Below, in pieces: positions 1 to 10,053 of a stretch of 64,000 bases of DNA. A model generated the notes under the pieces. The model was not told the origin of the DNA, did not search any database, and worked only from the letters and a program-made list of their open reading frames with translations. The stretch's first letter is position 1; each line of letters opens with the position of its first letter. A program made the translations under genes and the position numbers. The DNA comes from Bacillota bacterium (lineage in GTDB: Bacteria > Bacillota > Dethiobacteria > DTU022): NCBI GenBank assembly GCA_029782095.1, contig JAKOVL010000079.1, positions 8,240 to 72,239 on the forward strand. The letters run 5' to 3'.

Positions 1-272
1 CCGAAGAAGCCCTATTTTTGCTGGACACGGGCGTCGCCTCTGCAGAGGATATCGACAGCGCCGTGGTCAACGCCCTGGGCCACCCCATGGGACCTTTCCG
101 GCTGATGGACTTGACCGGTATTGATTTGAGTTATCATATCAGCATGGAGCGCTACCGGGAAACGGGAGACCCCAGGGATAAGCCTTCACCCACTATCGTG
201 GAGAAATATGTGAAAGGGGAGTGGGGGCGCAAGACCGGGCGCGGTTTTTACAGCTACGACGATACCAAGTAA
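1..272 (+). CDS. hbd: 3-hydroxyacyl-CoA (3-hydroxybutyryl-CoA) dehydrogenase, C-terminal fragment. The 5' end lies outside the window.
   Basis: The frame is open from the window edge. The translation ...EEALFLLDTGVASAEDIDSAVVNALGHPMGPFRLMDLTGIDL...GRKTGRGFYSY matches the C-terminal dimerisation domain of 3-hydroxyacyl-CoA dehydrogenases. Confidence 0.75.
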   Translation, partial: EEALFLLDTGVASAEDIDSAVVNALGHPMGPFRLMDLTGIDLSYHISMERYRETGDPRDKPSPTIVEKYVKGEWGRKTGRGFYSYDDTK

Positions 273-330
273 TGAACAGGCTACCCCCGGCATAATATTG
301 TTACCAGCATGATGCCTAAGGGGGTATATT

Positions 331-3024
331 GTGTTCGCCGAATGGACGACCTTAAGCGGGGAAGAGGCCTGCCGCCGCCTGAACCTGGACCCAGCCCGGG
401 GCTTGCCGGAAGGGGAGGTGCAGCGCCGCCGGCAGCGCTGGGGTGATAATACCCTGGCCGGGGCCCCCCGCCTTTCTTTATTGACCCTGCTCTTAAACCA
501 GTTCAAAGATTTCATGGTCCTTGTTCTTTTGGGAGCGACGCTGCTATCCGCCCTGCTGGGCGAATACAGCGACGCTCTTACTATTATCATTATTGTCTTG
601 ATTAACGCCGTGCTGGGGCTGGTCCAGGAATACCGGGCCGAACGCTCCCTGGCCGCCCTAAAAAAGCTGGCCGCTCCCCGGGCCAGGGTGCTCAGATCAG
701 GAGAGATTATGCTTATCCCGACCCGGGAGGTGGTGCCCGGTGATCTGGTTTACCTGGAAGCAGGCGACCGCGTCAGCGTTGACTTGCGCCTGCTGTCCAC
801 GCAGTCGCTGACAATCAACGAGGCCGCCCTCACCGGAGAAGCTGAAGCGGTGCTTAAGCGCTCCGCGCCGCTGGCCCAGGCCGCGGGGACGCCCGGAGAC
901 GCTTATAATATGGCTTTCAGCGGCACCGAAGTGCTCACCGGCCGCGGGCATGGTGTGGCCGTGGCCACGGGCATGAACACGGTAATCGGTCAAATCGCCC
1001 ATCTCATGGAAAGCGCCGAGCAGACCGCCACACCGCTGCAGCAGCGCCTGGAACGGCTGGGCAAGATCCTGGTGGCCGCCTGCCTCGGCATTTGCGTGGC
1101 TGTGAGCTTGCTGGGAGTGGCGCGGGGCGAGCCCCTTTACGCCATGTTCATGGCCGGGGTCAGCCTGGCGGTGGCGGCCATCCCTGAAGGGCTGCCCGCC
1201 ATCGTCACCGTTTCCCTGGCCCTGGGGGTGCAGCGCATGATCCGCCGTCGCGCCATCGTCCGCCGCCTGCCGGCGGTGGAGACCCTGGGGTCAGCATCGG
1301 TAATCTGCTCCGATAAAACGGGAACACTTACCGAGAACCGCATGAGTGTAAGCAGGCTTTATTGCGGCGACAGCCTCTATAAAGTGGAAGGAGGCAAATT
1401 CCTGCGCCAGGAAGAGCGGGGCTGGGCCGGGGCCGGGCGTGCCGGCGCGGCAGATTTAAAACTCGCCCTCACCATTGCCGCCCGCTGCAATAACGCCTAC
1501 CTGGAAAAGGGAAAGCCAAAAGGTGATCCCACCGAAGCGGCCCTGCTGGAGGCGGCCCGCCTGGCCGGAATTAAGGAGGCCGGCCAGGACCCGCGCCGCA
1601 AGCGGGAATTCCCCTTTACTTCGGAGCGTAAAATGATGAGTGTGATCTGGAGAGAAGAGAGCGGCCGCGACCGGTTGCTGTTAAAGGGGGCGCCGGAGCT
1701 GGTGCTGGAGCGATGCCGTTACATCTCGGGCAGAGGAGGGCGGGTGCAGAGTTTAGACCAGGCAAGGCGGCGGGAGCTGCTGGAGCAGGTGGAGCGGCTG
1801 GCTTCACTGGGGCTGCGCGCCCTGGCTGTGGCTTACCGCGATCTGCCGGCCGGCTCCGCCCCGGAACAGCCGGAGCAGGCGGAGAGAGAACTGGTTTGGG
1901 CGGGCCTGCTTGGTCTTGAAGATCCGCCCCGCCCGGAAGTGCTTCCGGCCATTCGCCTCTGCCGTCAGGCCGGTATACGCGTCATTATGATTACCGGCGA
2001 CCATCGCGCCACTGCCGAGGCCATAGCCCGCCGCCTGAAAATCCTCAGGCCGGGCGGGAAGATCATCACGGGCCAGGAGTTAAACAGCATGGACGACCGG
2101 CAGCTGCTGCGGCAAATCGGGCAGGTGCAGGTCTTTGCCCGCGTCAGCCCGGCCCACAAGCTGCGCATTGTGCGCGCTTTGAAATCCCAGCAAGAAGTGG
2201 TGGCCATGACCGGGGACGGGGTCAACGACGCCCCGGCCATTAAAGAAGCGGATATCGGTATTGCCATGGGGCGGACGGGGACGGATGTGACCCGGGAAGC
2301 GGCAGATTTGATCCTCAGTGACGACAATTTTAGCACGATAGTCTCCGCCGTGGAAGAAGGGCGCAACATCTACGACAACATCCGTAAATTTATCCGCTTT
2401 CTCCTGGGCTGCAATACCGGCGAAGTTCTGACCATGGCCCTGGCTATTTTAGCGGGGCTGCCGCTGCCGCTGCGGCCAATCCAGATATTATGGATCAACC
2501 TGGTTACCGATGGCCTGCCCGCCCTGGCCCTGGGGGTGGATGCTCCGGAAGAAATGTTGATGCACCAGCCGCCCCGCGGACGCAGCGAGGGAATTTTCAG
2601 CGGAGGGCTGTGGCTCAAACTTATTGTCAGGGGAGTGCTCATCGCCGCAGTGACGGTAGCTGTTTTCGCCCTGGTGCTGTCAGGGGGCGACCTGGTCAAG
2701 GCCCAAACCGTGGCTTTTGCCACGCTGATTACCGCCCAGCTGTTTTATGTTTTCGACTGCCGCAGCAGCGGCAAACCTTTTCAAAAAAGCTACCGTCCCC
2801 CCAACTGGTACCTCGCCGGAGCGGTTCTCTCTTCCACCGTCTTGATGCTTGCCGTGATTTACCAGCCTTTCTTAAGCGATTTTTTTTATACTGTCCCGCT
2901 AACCCTAACCGACTGGACGCTGATCGGTGGCGCGGGAATCACGCCTACCCTGCTGGATGGCGCTTTATTCCTCTTTGTAAGCGGCCTGCCCCGGTTTGCC
3001 AATCAAAAGGCGAAATTGCGCTAG
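331..3024 (+). CDS. yloB: P-type cation-transporting ATPase, Ca2+ (SERCA/PMCA-like) type
   Basis: 897 aa with a GTG start after the RBS aaggggg. It carries the TGE actuator motif (ALTGEAE), the phosphorylation site CSDKTGTLT and the hinge [12 protein letters not shown], plus multiple TM segments. It occupies the yloB position of the B. subtilis ylo cluster. Confidence 0.9.
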   Translation: MFAEWTTLSGEEACRRLNLDPARGLPEGEVQRRRQRWGDNTLAGAPRLSLLTLLLNQFKDFMVLVLLGATLLSALLGEYSDALTIIIIVLINAVLGLVQEYRAERSLAALKKLAAPRARVLRSGEIMLIPTREVVPGDLVYLEAGDRVSVDLRLLSTQSLTINEAALTGEAEAVLKRSAPLAQAAGTPGDAYNMAFSGTEVLTGRGHGVAVATGMNTVIGQIAHLMESAEQTATPLQQRLERLGKILVAACLGICVAVSLLGVARGEPLYAMFMAGVSLAVAAIPEGLPAIVTVSLALGVQRMIRRRAIVRRLPAVETLGSASVICSDKTGTLTENRMSVSRLYCGDSLYKVEGGKFLRQEERGWAGAGRAGAADLKLALTIAARCNNAYLEKGKPKGDPTEAALLEAARLAGIKEAGQDPRRKREFPFTSERKMMSVIWREESGRDRLLLKGAPELVLERCRYISGRGGRVQSLDQARRRELLEQVERLASLGLRALAVAYRDLPAGSAPEQPEQAERELVWAGLLGLEDPPRPEVLPAIRLCRQAGIRVIMITGDHRATAEAIARRLKILRPGGKIITGQELNSMDDRQLLRQIGQVQVFARVSPAHKLRIVRALKSQQEVVAMTGDGVNDAPAIKEADIGIAMGRTGTDVTREAADLILSDDNFSTIVSAVEEGRNIYDNIRKFIRFLLGCNTGEVLTMALAILAGLPLPLRPIQILWINLVTDGLPALALGVDAPEEMLMHQPPRGRSEGIFSGGLWLKLIVRGVLIAAVTVAVFALVLSGGDLVKAQTVAFATLITAQLFYVFDCRSSGKPFQKSYRPPNWYLAGAVLSSTVLMLAVIYQPFLSDFFYTVPLTLTDWTLIGGAGITPTLLDGALFLFVSGLPRFANQKAKLR

Positions 3025-3104
3025 TTTGCCTTGAGTTCAGCTCCATTTGATGTTAAGATTAAGAAGACCTTCTGGATATTTTTGCGCATGAAAGGAATCA
3101 TAAA

Positions 3105-3980
3105 TTGGCTAACAGTATGACCGGTTACGGCCGGGGCAGCGGTTCGAAAAACGGTTATCTTTTTCTCGTGGAGATGCGCTCGGTGAACCATCGCTACGCC
3201 GACCTGGTCCTGCGCCTGCCGCGGGAGCTGTACGCCCTGGAAGATCGCATTCGCCGGCGGATCCTGGACGAGATCAAAAGGGGCCGCGTGGAAGCCAGCA
3301 TTACCCTGGAAGAGACCCCGGCGGGAACCGCGGCCGTTGAGGTGAACCAGGATCTGGCCGAAGCCTACCTCGAGGCGCTGCGCCAGCTCTCCCGCCGGCT
3401 TGGCCTGCCCATGGAGGTGGGGCTGGATACCCTGGTGGGGCTTCCCGATGTGCTGAGCCTGCGCGGCAATGTATTGCCCGTTGAGCTGGTCTGGCCGGCC
3501 CTGGAAGAAGCGCTGGCCGAGGCGCTGTCCCAGCTGCTGCAGCAGCGTTCAGCCGAGGGGGCCAACCTGGCTGCAGATTTACTGGGGCGCTGCCGGCAGG
3601 CCCGGGAGATGGTTCGCGCCCTCGCCGCCCGCGCACCGGAAGCCCAGGCGGAGTATCGCAAGAGGGTGGAGCGCAAATTTGCCGAATACATGACCGGGCA
3701 ATTTGAAGAGAACCGGGTGTTGATGGAATGCGCCCTCATGGTGGAGCGGATGGGCATTGACGAAGAGCTGGTGCGTCTGCAAAGCCACCTGGACGCTTTT
3801 GAGAAAGCCCTGGGGACGCCGGGACCCGTCGGCCGAAAGCTGGATTTTGTGGCCCAGGAGATGTTCAGAGAGGTGAACACCATCGGGTCCAAGGCGGGAG
3901 ATTACGGCCTGGCTGCCCTGGTGGTGGATTTAAAGGCTGAACTGGAAAAAATGCGGGAACAAATACAAAATATTGAGTAA
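3105..3980 (+). CDS. yicC: YicC/YloC family stress-induced protein (endoribonuclease family)
   Basis: N-terminal SMTGYGRG and C-terminal [11 protein letters not shown] motifs. About 290 aa. Located immediately upstream of remA-gmk-rpoZ. TTG start at 3105 after the RBS gaaagga. Confidence 0.85.
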   Translation: MANSMTGYGRGSGSKNGYLFLVEMRSVNHRYADLVLRLPRELYALEDRIRRRILDEIKRGRVEASITLEETPAGTAAVEVNQDLAEAYLEALRQLSRRLGLPMEVGLDTLVGLPDVLSLRGNVLPVELVWPALEEALAEALSQLLQQRSAEGANLAADLLGRCRQAREMVRALAARAPEAQAEYRKRVERKFAEYMTGQFEENRVLMECALMVERMGIDEELVRLQSHLDAFEKALGTPGPVGRKLDFVAQEMFREVNTIGSKAGDYGLAALVVDLKAELEKMREQIQNIE

Positions 3981-3993
3981 AGGAGGTTGCCCC

Positions 3994-4263
3994 ATGTCCA
4001 TTAAACTGATCAATATCGGGTTTGGAAATATTGTCTCGGCCGGGCGGATTATCGCCATTGTCAGCCCTGAATCTGCTCCCATTAAAAGGGTGATCAGCGA
4101 GGCCCGGGACCGGGGTGTCTTGATTGACGCTACATACGGGCGGCGGACCAGGGCGGTCATCGTCGCCGACAGCGGCCACATTATTCTATCCGCAGTCCAG
4201 CCGGAAACAGTAAAACACCGCCTGCAGGCCCGGGAAACTGTTGCCACCGAAGATGCGGAATGA
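3994..4263 (+). CDS. remA: RemA/DUF370 family extracellular-matrix regulatory protein
   Basis: [32 protein letters not shown]... is the characteristic RemA N-terminus. The ATG at 3994 follows AGGAGG (3981-3986). The track ORF start at 3973 is probably too far upstream. Confidence 0.85.
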   Translation: MSIKLINIGFGNIVSAGRIIAIVSPESAPIKRVISEARDRGVLIDATYGRRTRAVIVADSGHIILSAVQPETVKHRLQARETVATEDAE

Positions 4264-4285
4264 ACGTTTTCCGGGAGGCCGCTAG

Positions 4286-4894
4286 ATGAAACGGGGATTG
4301 TTAATCGTATTATCCGGCCCGTCAGGGGTGGGTAAAGGCACCGTTTGCCGCTCTTTGCAGGCCCGCATGCCCGGGCTGCGCCTTTCCGTATCGGCAACAA
4401 CACGGCAGCCCCGCCCTGGAGAGATCGATGGCCGTGATTACTATTTTATCAGTGATGCTCAATTTCAACGATTGCTGGCAGAAGGTGCCTTCCTGGAATG
4501 GGCCCGGGTGCACGGCTGCCACTATGGTACTTTGAAAGATAAGGTTGCAGAGGTGCTGGCCTCCGGCAGCGACCTGCTGCTGGAAATTGACATTCAGGGG
4601 GCGGAGCAGGTCCGCCGGCTGATGCCGGAAGCGGTGACCATTTTCATGGCCCCGCCGTCCATGGCGGCGCTGGAGCAGAGAATCATCGGACGCGGCACCG
4701 AGGATGCCCAAAAAATTCGACAGCGCCTGGAAACAGCCCGCCAGGAAATGAAAGCATACCGCAGCTATGAATACCTGGTAGTGAACGATGAGGTGGAAGC
4801 GACCGCAGCCTTGCTGGCATCAATCATTCAATCGGAAAAATGCCGGGTTAGCCGGGGCGCCCGCCCGCCTCTACAGGAGGTGAACGAAGTATGA
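4286..4894 (+). CDS. gmk: Guanylate kinase
   Basis: P-loop LSGPSGVGKGT, TTRQPRPGE.DG.DY.F and the conserved position before rpoZ. Confidence 0.92.
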   Translation: MKRGLLIVLSGPSGVGKGTVCRSLQARMPGLRLSVSATTRQPRPGEIDGRDYYFISDAQFQRLLAEGAFLEWARVHGCHYGTLKDKVAEVLASGSDLLLEIDIQGAEQVRRLMPEAVTIFMAPPSMAALEQRIIGRGTEDAQKIRQRLETARQEMKAYRSYEYLVVNDEVEATAALLASIIQSEKCRVSRGARPPLQEVNEV

Positions 4895-5097
4895 TTTATC
4901 CTTCCATTGATGATCTTGTGGAAAAGGTGGACAGCAAATACACCCTGGTAATTGCCGCTGCCAAGCGGGGGCGCCAAATCCGCGACGGCAGCAAACCGGT
5001 GGTTGAATGCGATTCGCGCAAAGAGGTTACGATTGCTTTGCACGAAATCGCCGCCGGTAAAATTGAATACGAGCGCATGCGCAGCGGCCCCAAGTAG
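4891..5097 (+). CDS. rpoZ: DNA-directed RNA polymerase subunit omega
   Basis: 68 aa, ...SKYTLVIAAAKRGRQI.... The start overlaps the gmk stop by 4 nt. Confidence 0.88.
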   Translation: MIYPSIDDLVEKVDSKYTLVIAAAKRGRQIRDGSKPVVECDSRKEVTIALHEIAAGKIEYERMRSGPK

Positions 5098-5108
5098 GAG
5101 GTTTTACC

Positions 5109-6293
5109 GTGCAGAAGGTACTTTTGGGGGTTACCGGGGGTATCGCCGCCTACAAGGCGGCGGAACTGGCCCGGCTGTTTATCCGCGCCGGCTGCCAGGT
5201 CCAGGTGGTCATGACCGCTGCAGCAACAAAGTTTGTCACCCCTTTAACCTTTGAGACAATAACCGGGAATAAAGTGGCCCTGGATCTTTTCGGCGGCCCC
5301 ATCGAGGGGCGGGTGCGCCATATTTCGCTGGCCGAACAGGCTGAAATAATGGTAGTTGCGCCCGCTTCGGCCAATACGCTGGCCAAAATGGCCCACGGCA
5401 TTGCCGACAACTTGCTGACCACTCTCTACCTGGCGGTACAGTGCCCGGTGGTGCTGGTGCCGTCCATGAATGAGGCCATGTACGCCCACCCGGCGGTACA
5501 AAAGAATCTACAAATTTTACGCGACAGGGGCTGCCATATCATGGAGCCGGACGCAGGAGAGCTGGCCTGCGGGGTGGTCGGCAAAGGGCGCCTGCCGGAG
5601 CCGTCCGATATTTTCTGCTTTACCCGGGCCGTGCTCTCCCCCAAGGATTTTCGCGGGGTGCGGGCCCTGGTTACGGCCGGGCCGACACGAGAACATTTTG
5701 ATCCGGTGCGCTTTATTAGCAACCCTTCCACCGGGCTGATGGGGTATGCCATGGCCCGGGCGCTGTCCGAGCGGGGCGCCGCCGTGACCCTAATTAGCGG
5801 CCCCTGCAGCCTGAACTGCCCGGCGGGTGTGGAGCGAGTAGAGGTCTGCGCGGCTGAAGAGATGTACCGTGAAGTTTTGGCGCGCTTCCCAGAGTGCCAC
5901 CTGGTGATCAAAGCTGCGGCTGTATCAGATTTCCGCCCGGCCACCGTTGCGCCCCATAAGCTTAAAAAAGGCGCCGGGGCGGAAACGGTGCGCCTGGAAG
6001 CCACTCCCGATATTTTAAAAGAGCTGGGGCGGCGCAAGCAAAACCAGGTCCTGGTGGGCTTTGCCGCGGAGACGAAGCAGGCGGAAACCTATGGGCGGGG
6101 GAAACTGGAAGAGAAAAATTTGGATCTAATCGTGGTCAACGATCTGACGGCGGCCGGCGCCGGTTTTGGCTCTTTAACCAACCGGGTTTCGCTGATTGAC
6201 CGTTCCGGCGCGGTGGAGCGCCTGCCGCTGATGGAGAAAGAAACCCTGGCCCATCAAATCCTGGATCGCATTGTGAGCTTGCTGCCGCGCTAG
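5109..6293 (+). CDS. coaBC: Bifunctional phosphopantothenoylcysteine decarboxylase / phosphopantothenate-cysteine ligase
   Basis: 394 aa. N-terminal flavoprotein domain (LLGVTGGIAAYKA, PAMN-like SMNEAM) and C-terminal CoaB domain (VTAGPT.E.IDPVR.ISN.S.G). Confidence 0.92.
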   Translation: MQKVLLGVTGGIAAYKAAELARLFIRAGCQVQVVMTAAATKFVTPLTFETITGNKVALDLFGGPIEGRVRHISLAEQAEIMVVAPASANTLAKMAHGIADNLLTTLYLAVQCPVVLVPSMNEAMYAHPAVQKNLQILRDRGCHIMEPDAGELACGVVGKGRLPEPSDIFCFTRAVLSPKDFRGVRALVTAGPTREHFDPVRFISNPSTGLMGYAMARALSERGAAVTLISGPCSLNCPAGVERVEVCAAEEMYREVLARFPECHLVIKAAAVSDFRPATVAPHKLKKGAGAETVRLEATPDILKELGRRKQNQVLVGFAAETKQAETYGRGKLEEKNLDLIVVNDLTAAGAGFGSLTNRVSLIDRSGAVERLPLMEKETLAHQILDRIVSLLPR

Positions 6294-6919
6294 AGCGGCA
6301 GATCCAAAAACAGCCCCAGCAGTCTCGGAGTAACCATTATTTCTACCAGCGCCGCCACCATAAGAAGAATGGTAACCAGGGGCAGCACGGAAATAGCTTC
6401 TTTCCAGATATACTTAAAGCTTTCCAGGCGGGTTTTCCCCGGCAGGGGCGAGGCTACACTATGATACCCGAATTTTAACCCCAGGGCGCCGCAGAGAAAA
6501 AAGGCGAACAGTTCAAAGATACCGTGCGGCGCTATCCCCAAGATAAGCAGGGGCAGAAGCGGAATGCCTGCTTCTGCGGCCTGGAAGGCGATGACGCCGA
6601 TTATGGCGCCGTTTAGAACCAGGGTCAGCAGGGGGGTAATTCCGGCCACAGCCCCCAGAAGCAGCATTTGTGCCACGGTTATGAAATTATTTAGAAACAA
6701 AAGCACGATACCGGCAGCCGGGCTTTTCTCCAGGATGGTTGAAAACAGCTCCTGCAGCTGCTCCAGCTGGGCACCGGTAATCTGATCGAGCGGTTCACGG
6801 GGCGTTCCGGACACGGCGAAGAAAAAGATACCGCTGAGGAGAAAAATGATGGTAGCCATATACAGCCAGCTACGGTTTTGCCTGATCACCTGTCCTGCCG
6901 GTTTAAACAGCGTCAACAT
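6290..6919 (-). CDS. SpoIIM/DUF95-like integral membrane protein (stage II sporulation protein M family)
   Basis: 209 aa with 5-6 predicted TM helices. Segments LFLNNFITVAQMLLLG, GIAPHGIFELFAFFLCGALG resemble the SpoIIM family. The stop overlaps the coaBC stop (convergent). Confidence 0.6.
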   Translation of the reverse strand: MLTLFKPAGQVIRQNRSWLYMATIIFLLSGIFFFAVSGTPREPLDQITGAQLEQLQELFSTILEKSPAAGIVLLFLNNFITVAQMLLLGAVAGITPLLTLVLNGAIIGVIAFQAAEAGIPLLPLLILGIAPHGIFELFAFFLCGALGLKFGYHSVASPLPGKTRLESFKYIWKEAISVLPLVTILLMVAALVEIMVTPRLLGLFLDLPL

Positions 6920-7006
6920 GGACTCCGCCCTTCATTTTGTTTTCAGCAGGGCCAATCTGCCGGATTTAATTCCAATCTTACCAGAAGATAATACTACGGT
7001 AAAGTT

Positions 7007-9211
7007 ATGCGCCAATATGCCGAAATACTGATCGATTTAGTCAGCGATGCCGTGGACAGGCCTTTTCATTACCGCATTCCGCCGCATCTGCTGGGAAAAG
7101 TGCGGCCGGGGTGCGCGGTGACGGTTCCTTTTGGGAACAAGCGCTACCGCGGCTTCGTCATGCGGCTGTTAAAAGCTCCCGAGGTGTCCGCAGTGAAGGA
7201 TATTGCGGCCCTGGAGACAGAGGAGCCCCTTCTCAACCGCGAGCAGTTAGCTCTCATTTCCTGGCTCTCGCACCGCTATTTCTGCCGTAAAATTGAAGCA
7301 CTGCATGCCCTGGTTCCCGCTTTGCTGCGGCAGGGGCGCCGCCCGGCCCGGCCGCAGGTTTTTGCCCTGGCGCCCCGCGCTGAACCGGAAGATTTTAGCC
7401 GGGCGCCGGCCCAGGGACGTGCGGTGGAGATACTGAAAACCAGGGGCCCGCTGCCGCGCAGCGAGCTGGCCCGCCTCGGTGTAAGCAGCCGTGTCCTTCG
7501 CGCTCTGGAGGAAAAGGGGATTATCCGTGCTGCGGATGAAGCGGCGCTGGCGAAGCGGGAATCTGCCGCTGCTGTTGTCCCCACAGAGCCGCTGCAGCTA
7601 AAGGAGAGCCAGCAGCGCTGCTATGATCGGCTGATTGCGGCCCTGGACAGCCGACGCTGCAGCAAGCTGCTCCTGCACGGCATCACCGGCAGCGGCAAGA
7701 CAGAAATATACCTGCAGGGGATCGCCCACTGCCTGGCCCAGGGCAGGAGCGCCCTGGTCATGGTGCCTGAAATTGCCTTGACTCCCCAGATGATTGAGTT
7801 GTTCCAGGGGCGCTTTCCCGGGCGCACGGCGGTGCTGCACAGCCGGCTCACTCCCTCTGAAAAGAGCAAGCAGTGGCTGCGCATCTGCTCCGGCGAAGCT
7901 GATGTGGTGCTGGGAGTACGCTCCGCCAGCTTTGCTCCCCTGAAGCAGCCGGGCTTGATCGTGCTGGACGAGGAGCATGACAACAGCTACAAGCAGGACG
8001 ATGCGCCGCGCTACCATGCCCGGGAGGTGGCCTGGTGGAGGGCGCGCTACCACGGCGCTGTGCTGCTTCTGGGCAGCGCCACCCCTTCCCTGGAAAGCTA
8101 CTACGAGGTTGAGCAGGGAAAGGCCGAGCTGTTGCGGATGGAAACCAGGGTTACCCCCTACCAGCGCCCGGAAGTGCAGGTCGTGGACATGCGGCAGGAG
8201 CTGAAGCAGGGGCATCGCCGCATTTTTAGCCGGCCTTTACTGGAAGAGCTGAATTGCGTTCTGGAGCGGGACGAGCAGGCCCTTCTTTTTTTAAACCGGC
8301 GCGGTTTCGCCAGCTTTGTTCTCTGCCGCGAGTGCGGCTTTGTGGTACGCTGTCCCTCTTGTGCTGTTTCGCTGACCCTGCACCTGGATCAGGCGCACAT
8401 GGTCTGCCACTACTGCTCTCACGAATCACCGGTCCCGCAAACCTGCCCCTCCTGCGGCGGCTTTCGCATCCGCTATTTTGGTGCGGGCACACAGCGGGTG
8501 GAAAACGAGGTTAAAGAGCTTTATCCCGGGGTGGCCTTAATCCGCATGGACAGCGATACCACCTCTGCGCGGGGCGCCCACCAGCGCCTTTACCGGCAAT
8601 TCCGCGAAGGAAAGGCGAAAATTTTAATCGGGACACAGATGATTGCCAAGGGCTTTGATTTCCCCAATGTAACCCTGGTTGGGGTGGTTGCTGCGGATAC
8701 AGCCTTAAACCTGCCCGACTTCCGCGCGGCGGAGCGCACTTTTCAGCTCCTGACCCAGGTGGCCGGCCGCGCCGGCCGCGGCTCTCGGCCAGGAAAAGTA
8801 ATTATCCAGACCTATCACCCCGACCATTACAGCATTGAAACTGCGGCGGAGCAGGATTACGAAGCCTTTTACCGCCTTGAGCTGGAAAATCGCCGCCAGT
8901 TGGGCTTTCCGCCCTTCAGCGACCTGATCCGCTTTCTTTTCACCGGCACCGACGAGTCCGCTGTCTGGAAGGCGGCTGTCTCCTTTACCCGGCAGCTGGA
9001 GCCCCTGCGGGACAGGGTGGATCTGCTTGGGCCGGCGCCGGCGCCGCTGCAGCGGTTAAAAACTTACTACCGCGTTCAAACTATTCTTAAAGGCAAGAAA
9101 CTTGGCGCTTTAGCCCCGCGGCTGCGGAACGAAGCCAGGGCTTTCCGGCTGCGTAAAACGGAGCCGCCGGTGCGCCTGACGGTGGATTTCAATCCGCAGG
9201 TGGTGCTATAA
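7007..9211 (+). CDS. priA: Primosomal protein N' (replication restart helicase PriA)
   Basis: 734 aa. Walker A GITGSGKTE, DEEH box LDEEHD, and a Cys-rich zinc-binding insert CRECG..CPSC..CHYC..CPSCG. Confidence 0.93.
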   Translation: MRQYAEILIDLVSDAVDRPFHYRIPPHLLGKVRPGCAVTVPFGNKRYRGFVMRLLKAPEVSAVKDIAALETEEPLLNREQLALISWLSHRYFCRKIEALHALVPALLRQGRRPARPQVFALAPRAEPEDFSRAPAQGRAVEILKTRGPLPRSELARLGVSSRVLRALEEKGIIRAADEAALAKRESAAAVVPTEPLQLKESQQRCYDRLIAALDSRRCSKLLLHGITGSGKTEIYLQGIAHCLAQGRSALVMVPEIALTPQMIELFQGRFPGRTAVLHSRLTPSEKSKQWLRICSGEADVVLGVRSASFAPLKQPGLIVLDEEHDNSYKQDDAPRYHAREVAWWRARYHGAVLLLGSATPSLESYYEVEQGKAELLRMETRVTPYQRPEVQVVDMRQELKQGHRRIFSRPLLEELNCVLERDEQALLFLNRRGFASFVLCRECGFVVRCPSCAVSLTLHLDQAHMVCHYCSHESPVPQTCPSCGGFRIRYFGAGTQRVENEVKELYPGVALIRMDSDTTSARGAHQRLYRQFREGKAKILIGTQMIAKGFDFPNVTLVGVVAADTALNLPDFRAAERTFQLLTQVAGRAGRGSRPGKVIIQTYHPDHYSIETAAEQDYEAFYRLELENRRQLGFPPFSDLIRFLFTGTDESAVWKAAVSFTRQLEPLRDRVDLLGPAPAPLQRLKTYYRVQTILKGKKLGALAPRLRNEARAFRLRKTEPPVRLTVDFNPQVVL

Positions 9212-9280
9212 TGAAACAGGGTACAGGATACCGGAGACTGGAGAAGCAAAAGCCGGGAGAAACGATTTAAAGTAGGGGCT

Positions 9281-9488
9281 CCATTCCCCCTCCCCCCTCG
9301 TGGGGGAGGGCAGGGTGGTGCGCGTAACTTTTTTCGGCCAAAGCCAGGGTACAAGACTTTCTTTCCCCCTCTCCCTAACCCTCTCCCACCAGGGGAGAGG
9401 GAATGGCCGGGTTCCGGCGCCGGTTGGTGAATGGAGCTATTCCCCCTCCCCCCCTTGTGGGGGAGGGTCGGGGTGGGGGGGTGTAAGG
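9281..9488 (+). repeat. Composite GC-rich palindromic repeat, locus A. Order is type I hairpin, linker, type II hairpin, spacer, type I hairpin.
   Basis: Hairpins are CCCCCTCCCCCC-tcgt-GGGGGAGGG (9286-9310), CCCTCTCCC-acca-GGGGAGAGGG (9379-9401) and CCCCCTCCCCCCC-ttgt-GGGGGAGGG (9442-9467). The same modules recur at 20405-20660, 25717-25830 and 40746-40922. Confidence 0.85.
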
Positions 9489-9561
9489 TTTTTCTCCCGC
9501 TTCGCGCCAAACGTACTAATGATAATGGTTAATGGGGCAGCTTTAATCAGGAGGTGGGTAT

Positions 9562-10053
9562 ATGGCCGTGCGGCGGATTGTAACGCTAAACAACAGTGCT
9601 TTAAGGGAAAAGGCCCAGCCGGTGGCAAAAGTCAACAACGCCATCGTGAGGCTGCTGGACGATATGGTCGATACGATGATCGAGGCGAAGGGCGTTGGGC
9701 TCGCCGCGCCGCAGATCGGCATTGCGAAACGCTTAATTGTGGTGGATGCCGGGGACAACCAGTATTTGCAGCTGGTGAACCCGTGCATTGTTGAAAGAAC
9801 CGGAAGCTGCCTCGACGTGGAAGGATGCCTGAGCATACCCGGAGTATACGGTGAAGTGGACCGTGCCGAAAAAGTGGTGGTAACAGCCCTGGACAAGGAC
9901 GGAAAGGAAATACGTCTAACGGCAGAAGGATTGCTGGCCCGGATTTTCCAGCACGAAATTGATCATCTCAACGGGATCTTGTTTATTGACCGGGCCACGC
10001 GCCTCCTCGATCCCGAGGAATTAAATGATCAAGACCGGGAGGAAAAAGAATGA
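9562..10053 (+). CDS. def: Peptide deformylase
   Basis: Motifs GVGLAAPQIG, EGCLSIPG and QHEIDHLNG. Confidence 0.93.
   Translation: MAVRRIVTLNNSALREKAQPVAKVNNAIVRLLDDMVDTMIEAKGVGLAAPQIGIAKRLIVVDAGDNQYLQLVNPCIVERTGSCLDVEGCLSIPGVYGEVDRAEKVVVTALDKDGKEIRLTAEGLLARIFQHEIDHLNGILFIDRATRLLDPEELNDQDREEKE

Noticed and set aside
9076-9794. ORFs of 144 and 164 aa across the priA-def spacer, together with similar Pro/Gly-rich ORFs at 25160-25843, 25295-25666, 40414-40854, 40547-40828 and 40746-41078.
   Set aside because: They are translations of the GC-rich palindromic repeats (peptides such as PLSLTLSHQGRGNG and PPPRGGRG appear on both strands). They overlap the ends of real genes and have no start signals.
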